Assembly (NCBI RefSeq): GCF_000485595.1
Contig: NW_014577088.1
Coordinates: 427,249-491,248 of the forward strand
Direction of reading: 5' to 3'
Length of the DNA: 64,000 nucleotides
Source of the DNA: Priapulus caudatus
Taxonomy: Eukaryota
The translations under genes were made by a program, and so were the position numbers. Below are positions 54,344 through 64,000 of this stretch, piece by piece (within the stretch, counting starts at the first letter, position 1; each line of letters starts with the position of its first letter). The notes below the pieces were generated by a model. The model searched no databases. It worked only from the letters and a program-made list of their open reading frames with translations, and was not told where the DNA came from.

Positions 54344-55506
54344 TACATAACTCACTAGAACTGGAATAAAACAAAACGAAAGAAATGTGTATGCCTTTGT
54401 TTCGGGTAGTTCTAGTTTAGCATGACATATGACGCTTAGGCCTTAGCTGGTATTTTGATCAATAAACACGAGCTTGGTAAAAATACCCAAGCGTAAGCCT
54501 CTTTTAAAGGTTAATAGCTCTGTAACATATGATTTACAGATGTTAGATAAATTAGTTAGAGACGCGGAGTGCGGCTAGACTCAGGGTTGTTTTAGTGCCA
54601 GTCTATGTAGACAGAGCGTCGCGCATCTTGTGCGGCTAGATTGATGTTATAGGGAGAATGGTAAACGTGTTTTAGGTCGGGCGTTTCTAGGGTCATTGCG
54701 AAATGGAGGTAGGCCGCGGTATGGGAGAACGGGTGACATGTGCGCTCAGGATGTAGGAGTTTTGGGGGTAATATATAGAAGAGAGATGAGAGAGACGAGG
54801 GAAGGACAGAGATGTAGGAGTGGAGGAGTCTGGTGGTGGTCGCGTGAGTAAGCACACGCGCTTAAGCGCGTGTGCGCGTTTCTTTCTTTCTGTGTGCAAG
54901 ATGTGACTACACTGTGTCAGATATGAAAGTTTATTCAGTTTAATACACAAGTTTGGATTCCTTCTTCATCATTTCTACATCGAACATTAATTCAACGTTA
55001 CAGCTCTTGTGGGAACCAATATGATAAATGCGATGACTTCCAAGGATTTTCTGTAATCTAAGCTATCCAGATGACTCATACAATGCGCTCCAATGTATGC
55101 AACCGCACGCATGATCTCTCTATAAGCACATAATATCAGCAATTTGTGGAATCGAGACAGACAAAAATGAATAGTGTTAATTAATTACGTCACAATGCTA
55201 ACCTCGTGGGATTTGCTGATAACAACAACTATCAAACTAGAATTTAATAAAAGGATCCTGATCTCTCTTCTAGTTTTGCTTAATACTATGTAATATTTTT
55301 AGTTCTATTACATGTGTGTAAATAAATGTAATATTTACGATTAAAATCAATTTATCATGCAATTACAATCTGCTAGAGGTAGTATTGTTGCCTACCACAC
55401 CGTCGATCCTATTTGGTAGTTGTTCTAGTTTGCTTGCAACCCGCTTTGCCTGGCACCCAGACGAGCATTTGTCTTGCTCAATCGTCTTGCATTTGTTATA
55501 TTATTA

Positions 55507-55965
55507 TGCTAGCCGCACACTATCCGACCCGAGCGCGATCGGGAGGCTTACGTTTGGATCGGGAGGCTTAAGTTTGGCTCGGGAGGCTTAAGTTTGGCTC
55601 GGGAGGTCATTTTGGCCCGATTCGAATTTTGAATCGGGAGCGGAGCGGGTCGTATAGTGTGCGAGGGCTTACGACGCGACTTGGATAGTGTGCGTGACCA
55701 TCCGACCCGCTCCGCGAGCGCTGAAGAAAATTGACCAATCACAGAGCAGCGCCATGGGAACCGCATTCGGTAAAAATGGCGGGAAAACACTTCCGACCCT
55801 TAGTACACGCTAAATCCGCGTGGAACGCCACGAGAGTGCCATCGTTTGCGCCAACTTTGAGTCGGACAGTGTGCGGGGGCCTCCCGATCGATCGGGAGCG
55901 GGTCGTATAGTGTGCGGGGGCACAGTGATGTGCACAGTGCAAAACCGTATAGTGTGCGGCTAGCA
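55507..55965. mobile_element. PIF/Harbinger (Tourist-like) MITE
   Basis: 17-bp TIR tgctagccgcacactat/atagtgtgcggctagca, TTA TSD on both sides, internal 20-bp tandem repeat. Confidence 0.88.
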
Positions 55966-56214
55966 TTATATATCGCGCTAGCGGAACACTAGCAATCTGA
56001 CAACACACATGACAACCTACAGACAAAGAGTGATGGGAGGGGGGAGATGGTAGACGATATAGCCCGAGTGGCGCTCAATCTAATGTTTCATGTTCTAAGA
56101 GCACTTTTTGCTGGGAGGAATGGATATAATTTCGTCAGCGTGGTGCAAACCTGCGAGACGCGGCGAGGCAGCATGACACGCGTGAATTTCTGCGAGAACG
56201 CATTAATATTACAT

Positions 56215-56497
56215 CAAGAGCGTATAAAGAAGGAGAGCGTACAACGGTGAAATGCTGAAACCATGTTGCAGTATTAGTCGAATTAATAAATTTATCCCGT
56301 TTTATTTTGACGATTCTTTGCAGTATTATCGATCAGCTGTCCTACCTTGTTAATATAAAACAAACCGCATGACTGTCCCTACGATGCCCCTATACGCTGA
56401 GATAATGAGCGGTGAAAATACGGTATTTTCGCCGAAAACTGACTCGAGATACTTTCTCTTTACCTCTATAACTCTATACCTTCTTTATACGCTCTTG
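56215..56497. mobile_element. Longest CARGAG-family element (283 bp)
   Basis: caagagcgtataaagaagg...ccttctttatacgctcttg; perfect TSD attacat. Confidence 0.88.
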
Positions 56498-59219
56498 ATT
56501 ACATCCACCTCGCGAGCGCGCGTACGTTCTCTCTGACTCTCTTATTCCGCTCCGACTCGCAAAGAATAGGTCGCAGCATGCTATTACTAGAATCCGTAGT
56601 CGCGTGCGCGCACAATGCCTACATCGGTCCTAGCGTGTAATCTTCCAGCCGTCATTAAATTTTCCTCGAAACTTAAAGACCATTATTACGAAAATGCGCG
56701 TCCTTTCGAATTTAAACATCCAATCAGTGGTAGAAAACAATTCCGTGTCCTTGGCGCAAGCCGCACAGTCGGGCGGCGGCAGGGGGTGTCTGGGGAGTCC
56801 GTATAGGCAGCCATGACTCCTTCGTGAACCGACACGAGCCAGACATATATACGGGAGAGAATTCATGTGCAGGCGGATTGCCGCCGGCGCTGTTAGCTGT
56901 AAGTTTCTACGCTAATTGCCGAGAAATGCGCACGCTAGGACAAAAGACATGTCGCGTGCCGGCTAGCACGAATAACACGGAGACACGGCATTTGATATGG
57001 CCGCGCAGCAGCCTCGCTTAATCGATGACTTGCTATTACGATTTGCAATTTCCTTGCCAGCAATTATCATTTTAGCATTTGTTTATAGGCCTTGAACCGA
57101 ACAATCTTGAAACCTCTGAAATATTCAATAACTCGGCTGAATAACGGTTAATAACAAAATAAAGGTCAACATTATATATAGCATACATGTGCGTGGTGTG
57201 AGAAATAAGCACGCAGACGTCTGGAATGCCGCGCAGTTATTAGTTATTACACTGCCGATAATGAAAATAACCAGGAAATTAGATAATATCAGCACCTGCT
57301 ACTGGACATGTGTATATTCGCAGTTCCACCTACTAATTGTACACGATGAGATTTATTACGTGGAACTACAATGAACAGTCATTACAATGGACCACGCCGC
57401 CTCCTAAGTTAACACCATCACCGCACAAGAACTACCAACATGCATTTTGATATCAACAACCGCCTGGGCCGCTTTCCATAATGTCCGTAAATCAGTCGTT
57501 GGTTCACAAGCGGCAAGGAATCATCCCACAGCATAAATTAAAAATAATCCTCTTTTGACCTGGCCCAGGGCCATGATATAAGGAACAAATTGTACACAGC
57601 GTGAATGTTTATTCTTGACACTAGCGCGTGGCTGTTACGGAGTTTACTCGTGTTCGTCTTGCTAAAAACTATCAGTAGAAAACTCAGTGTATTACACTGG
57701 CAGGCTCTGTGAAGATTAGCCGCACATAGAAAACCACGGACAGAGTCATGCTCTATCATGCACAGTCATCAGACACAAGTAGTCCTGTGTACGTCTCGCG
57801 CTAGCTACAGTGCTCTGAAGTCGTTTGACTCACCCGTGTTTACGTTATAGCTGTACTCGTCATCATTGATTGATACCTCTCCACATATTGGATTTAAAAC
57901 GATTAATTTTCAAATGCACATGTGCAGTTTGACGCCGCCCGTTAATCTCGCTATTTGGTAGTTATAACAATGCTGCGCAAATGAATAGGCAGGCATGCTT
58001 TTATAAATTGACAGCATAATATAGACTTAATACCCGGGAGACTAAGAAATACGCATGGCAAATTTTTTCGAGTTCTCTTGGTCAAGAGTTAGCGCTCCAC
58101 TCATTTACCAATAGATATTTGTCATAGTATGAGGCGACAGTAATTTTATGACACCTGGACACAATGATACGCCACTATTAGACGAAAAAATCTTTAAAAT
58201 CGTTAAAAACCGTGTCAAGTAGCAATTTTGTACTACATACTCACGTCTCGTGAGACCTGTCTTGTTATAGCACACGGCGCGGCAAACTTCCGAATGATCA
58301 CGCAAATAGACCTAAATGTGTGCTTAAATACATTATCTTGGAAATAAATGTTGTTATGCATAGACAGTTTGGTAATTGAGGATGGAGGAGAAAGACGTGG
58401 AGGAGGCGGGGAGAGAGACAAAGCAGACGTAGAGTTTTTATCATAAAACAAATGGGGTGTCACATTGAGTCGCCTAAAAGTACAAATAAATTGAGTAAAA
58501 CGACATTATGTATAAATTAATACAAACAAAATTAGTCATAATCGTGCCACTAATCAGATGCACTTGTATTTGTTGTGCTTTCGCAGACGTGCGACTGCGC
58601 AGGTTACATAATCTAAAACTAATCTCCCAGATTCATTCCTGTTCGATTAATGCTCCTTCGCACAAGGCAGCGCAAATCCTTAGAAGTTTCTGACAGGTTA
58701 GGCCATATTTTAGAGTTGATATTAATTCTAAATAAAAATAATTTTATTAGATAACTACATTAACCAAGAAATGCCATAAAAAATGAAAACATACTCAGGA
58801 AAACATACACAGATGTCGTCCCTAGAAGAAAGGCCTGGTTTTCCTAGACGAAATGTTTTCGTTATGGAAAACTGTAGGTCTCATTATGTCGCGACGCCAG
58901 TCAGTTGAAATCGCCCACGCTCATTTTAAACTAACAGCCCGCTTGTCACATGTTAACGCATCCATCACGAGGATAAAAATTAGTTGAAGATTTCATCGGA
59001 TATATATGATCCACACGAAATACAAAACAAACCGTTCATTACAGGCTGCTGATCATCCTTTCATTATCAGTTTAATAATAATATTATTATACCACACTAT
59101 ACCTCATTCTATCTTGATTCATTACCAACCATGCTCGTACTCTTGACTCATAGTTAGACAACATATATATATGTATATATATATATATATTATAGTATAT
59201 TTTTACGGGTACATAAGAT

Positions 59220-59265
59220 CAGGAGTGAATAATAATAGATTATTATCTATTATTATTCACTCCTG
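59220..59265. mobile_element. Tiny palindromic CARGAG-family element
   Basis: caggagtgaataataatagat...atctattattattcactcctg; perfect TSD ataagat. Confidence 0.88.
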
Positions 59266-60596
59266 ATAAGATGATGTAACTATATGCAGCATCTGCCGAT
59301 CCGACCCTGCCGATCCGTACCGTACCGTACCGTACCGTACCGTTACCGTAGACGACGGCTAGCTAACGCAGACCCTTCCATTCAGCCACCCAGTAGAGTA
59401 ATGAATACCGACAGCGGGTTCAAAGCGCAACTGCGAACATTAATTCAATGGCCTTGACGCCGAGCCAAACTAATTTAGAAAGATCCAGCGGAAAAACACG
59501 AGTATGCGGTCGCCCTTTCTAGAAAAATTATCATTACAACTACGCGGCTGAAACGCGAATTGCCGGGTACCAGATCTTGGTGCGCTAGACAAATTTGAAT
59601 AATTTGTGTCGAGATCCACGCGAGGAAACACTCCCAGCCCTTGGCTTCTAAACTCTTTAAAGCCAGAGGCTTTGCGGTAATCGCGCCGAAACAACCACAT
59701 TTCTTACGTGCATGTCAAAAAGGAAAATGGATAGTGTTCGCACACAGGGGTAAAACTCGGTGTGGTGCAGCGCCACCCGAGAGTGACTCAACGTTGATAT
59801 TTACATGTATGATATATAGATGTATATTTTTTGCTCAAAATTCCCACCCTCTAATCTACACATCCCGTTATGATCGCAACCCATGTGGCGTTACAGCGGC
59901 ATAAAAGAAACATTAACGGTGGACCGGTACACTAATGCAGCGCCATTTAGCCAAGACCTCTTCGAGGGCTGCCAGACACACGACGCTAACGCTAACGCTA
60001 CCGCTGTCTGATCCCTGCGCCAAGTTTGCTTGCTCGAAAGGCGAGCACGTCAAGCCCTCGAGACTTGGCTAATGATGCATTTCAGCCACAACACCAAATC
60101 ACCCGGCTCCTAGCCAGCTCACTTTTTAACTAAAAAATATCGATCCCCGACTTGTCGGGCGCCCGCGCCTCCGAACTCGCTTTCCGCAAACGTCATTGGG
60201 TTTGAGACAGACGTTTTCGAGTAAAAATCAACAGCCAGTTATCGATTCGAGCGGCAAGAATAGAACTCGCTCTCGCTGTTTGCAGCAGCCGCGTGCAGTG
60301 AGCCGACCTGTCGTAATTCAATCGCAAGAAATCACACTGTGACGTGCCAATGAATGCACAGATAAGCTCAGTCATGACGCTTCACGACATGTGTCGGCAG
60401 AAAGGGCCGATCGCTGCAAACGAAAGAGCGCTATACAAAAACATAGATTAACAAACACGTCCCATTATCTGTAATTTGTTTTCTCCGATCAGCCCCGTAC
60501 CGTACTGTTAGCACCGTCACATTAGATATTACATTTAACTACCATATATATATATATATATATATATACATTATATAGTATAATAATATAATAAAA

Positions 60597-61041
60597 GTGA
60601 CCCGCTCCAGCATAATACGGACTAAGTCGCAAGTCATTGTTTTGAGTAATGAGCACGCACACATGTCAATGCTGAAAATGGCCTACCTGGACAAAAATGA
60701 GATTTTTACAAAAATAAGTTCCTAAGTGCATATTTAATCCGGATATATAGGTTCAGATATCTCTAGATTATTATTGTCATTTTTAATTAAAAAAACAAAA
60801 CAAATACAATTTTTTTTGAAGTGCCCCTGACCGCTCATCCCCGACTGGGCGCCTTACCCGGAACGCTTTATCTCAAAAGCTGCATATTCCGGAATAAGTC
60901 GGTTTCCGATGTTCAAATTGCTGTAGATCGGTCAATTCTTTAGATATAGCTAATTAGATATAGGTAATTAAATGATCTATTCAGATATGCACATAACTCA
61001 ATTTGTAGAATTTCCTACTTAATCCTGGTTTTGCTGGAGCG
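60597..61041. mobile_element. Unclassified DNA element with ~30-bp imperfect TIRs
   Basis: cgctccagcataatacggactaagtcgcaa versus the reverse complement of the right end, cgctccagcaaaaccaggattaagtaggaa. Confidence 0.55.
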
Positions 61042-61724
61042 TTTATGTAGGCAATAATAATATGCTAATTCCACACAGAACCCGTTATACCACGTTCAAT
61101 TTCTGTTAACAAGAATTGAACCACAGAAATCCGGAACATTACTACCGAGTAAATTACCCCACGCCCAAACCCAAACGTACAAATCCGTTGTTTCAGATAA
61201 CGAGTATATGTCTTATATACTATAATTAATATCAGTTATAAAACATATAGCAAGAATTGAGCGGTGTACTACTCTCTATACACTCGCCAATTATTAACAA
61301 GAATAGACGTCCTCATCGGACGTACGATAATATAATTCGGTTGACAGCAATTAGAAAACATTTGCACTAGAATTGGCAAGAATTGATCCCGAGACCATTG
61401 ACTCCGAGTTCTACATTCTACGCCCTCGCACATATGGATTTATTCAGGTCAGACGTTTGCATTGCAATTCATTTAAAAACAATAGTAAAACATTGTAACA
61501 AGAGTTAGGATGAATTGAAATCCGAAGCCAATAGCCTATATACTCGAAACCAAATCGACATAACCTGTAATCATGAGGTAGGACGTGTGTGTTGTGCTTC
61601 TTATTAACTCGTGTTTGTGTCTGATTAAGAACAATAGAACATATAGTTTAATAAAAACCCATCGCGAGAGTTGTGTTAAGATGATGTGTCAAGCACACAG
61701 ACACACAACCACATATATACATCC

Positions 61725-61730
61725 ACACAC

Positions 61731-61766
<36 letters not shown>

Positions 61767-61769
61767 GCA

Positions 61770-61807
<38 letters not shown>

Positions 61808-62067
61808 AACACACCAACACACCAACACACTCACACGCACACGCACACACCAACACACGCACACACCAACACACCAACACACCAACACACCAACACACCA
61901 ACACACCAACACACCAACACACCAACACACCAACACACCAACACACCAACACACCAACACACCAACACACCAACACACCATCACACCAACACACCAACAC
62001 ACCAACACACCAACACACCAACACACCAACACACCAACACACCAACACATCAACACACCAACACACA
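61725..62067. repeat. (GCAC)n/(CA)n grading into (ACACCAAC)n octamer array
   Basis: Direct reading. Confidence 0.93.
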
Positions 62068-64000
62068 ATATATATATATACTTCAAATTGTTGTTTGTAC
62101 ATATCGCACATTGTCAGATAGACCGCGGTGTGCCTGAAACCAATTTGCTAGAAGGGCAAAGCGCAATATTCTTGCGTCAAAATGCGTTCACACGCAGCAC
62201 AGCATTAGTCGATATGCGACGAGCTCTGGTAAGTGATAAAGCTAAAGCAAACGTGTACATGTGCAGTAATCGGCATTGTCGCTTACAGAGCGGGTTGACA
62301 TAACGTAACAGCCTCCTCACATCGCCAGTACTTACATAACGCGCCATGGCAACCGCCGCCCACCTCGCATTCATTCGAGTTACTAATTTGCCTGTCCGTT
62401 TATCCCTCACTGGAGCTGATGAAAAAGAATACGTAGACGCTATATAGATTGATCAGACATGCACTGCTTGCCCTTCACTCGAATCGAACCCTCGTCGACC
62501 GCGGCGGATAATAGGTCTAGAATACTTATAGATGTTTTTCGAAGTGGACGAAAAACTAGCGAATTAATAGCAGCGACGTCTCAGACCGAGCTAGCAAAGG
62601 GGCTTTAGAACGCTCTGGCGTGAATTGAAATCTGTCTGTGAAACTCGTTCGGCAATCTCGCCCCGACGAGACGTTCTATCCACACTTACAATGCATAGAC
62701 ATGTCGGCAATATCCAGGATATTCATCAATGCGGGTGAAAATGATAAGGGCTAAAGTAGTGACGAAGCACTTTCGATTGCAGACGGACAAGAGAGCATGA
62801 CTGAGGTGCGGGATAGGATATACGGGTAGGTCGAATACCTAGCACACAGTTCGAATTACCTACTTTTTATTAACAACCGTTCTTGATAGAATCGGTGTAA
62901 ACGGCAAGGACCAATTTAAACGGGATTTTATTAAAGGCAAATGGTCACGGATTCATTCACGCGTGCAGGCAGTAAGGAACACGTACTCAAAAATCAACCT
63001 AAAAGACAACATATTAGTATATATACTGTTGCACGCAAATTTCATGCGCTGCAGTTGTTCATGCAACCACATAGGTAGCCATTATTTTTTTTATTTGGGG
63101 AATAACAACAAATTCTCTGCACTCAAAAAAGGCAGTCTGCGGCAAAATGAAAGAATCCACAGTCAACAATATAACACACGACACAATTACTCCAAGCAAC
63201 GACTGGAATGACAAGTTATCGTGATATCTGCTGCAAATTACTTTGGAACATTTAAAAAGACGTATGAATGCAGTATTGTGTTCAATATTTTGCTTTCATT
63301 CTTGAATAGGTATATAAAAACCTTCGTGGAGCCACGCGAACGTCTGCACGCGTTAAATTAGAGAGTCCGACAATAAAACGGATGCTCTTTACACCGCTGA
63401 CTCTGGCTGGTGCAGCGTGCAGTGGCGTGCCAATATGCATGCAAATGTAATAAACTGTGTTTAAAGCAAATACCGGTCCACATTCTTTAGCTCATCGTAT
63501 GCGCCTTTAGATTAGCTCACCCACTTTTCCCCGTACACAAGGATGTCGACGAGGCAGTCTAATCAACCAGGGCCAAATCAAAAGGGGGCAATATAATGGG
63601 GCCAAACACCACTTCGCCAAATGGCTGCCGGAAAAGCTGTCGATGATTTGTTGGTGACGCATGGAATACGTACGATTGTGAAGATCGAGACCTAGCATAA
63701 ATAAATAAACGCAAATAAACTAGGGGTGCAGAATATTTAATATAAGGTGTACGCAATGCGAACTCTACTGACTGTGTCAATACCGTACACGGCATAGGAG
63801 GTGGCTGTGTAACGTTTTTATCTGCACAACTTAATTTTAGGAATAACCATGTACTAGTTACAAAAACAAAGAAATACAACATAAACATGATTTATCAGCG
63901 AGCATCTGGGACCCATCTGCAACAGTCTAGGAACCATCTAGAACCATATACAAAATTTACCCTGCAGTCACGTGGTGCATTTCAGCCAGTCATGTAGCGT

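Noticed and set aside
55540..55610. Regular 20-bp repeats as a CRISPR-like array
   Set aside because: Head-to-tail tandem units without spacers, inside a Harbinger MITE in a eukaryotic context.
63515..63690. Possible minus-strand exon (ag|GTCTC...GTGG|gtgagc) with a phase-1 end
   Set aside because: Open frame but no recognisable protein similarity; such splice pairs arise by chance.

Overview
Repeat-rich, gene-poor window from an invertebrate animal genome draft (five N-gaps). The only supportable host gene is the 5' part of an E75/NR1D-type nuclear receptor on the minus strand. An N-terminal (A/B-region) exon (16874-16580) splices in phase across an ~11.1-kb intron to the first zinc-finger exon (5475-5387, [30 protein letters not shown]); the rest of the gene lies left of position 1. 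EcRE-like IR1 motifs cluster just upstream of the first exon. The remainder is microsatellites and transposons: a near full-length dead RTE-type LINE (31442-34450), nested LTRs with tRNA-His primer-binding sites, a BEL/Pao integrase fossil, several foldback MITEs, and MITEs carrying (TTAGGG)n. The most unusual pattern is a family of about 13 tiny palindromic elements with CARGAG-NNN-ATAAT termini and 7-8-bp target duplications. Most entries in the ORF track are microsatellite or gap artefacts. No prokaryotic systems, CRISPR arrays or RNA genes were seen. All calls are by eye, without database searches.
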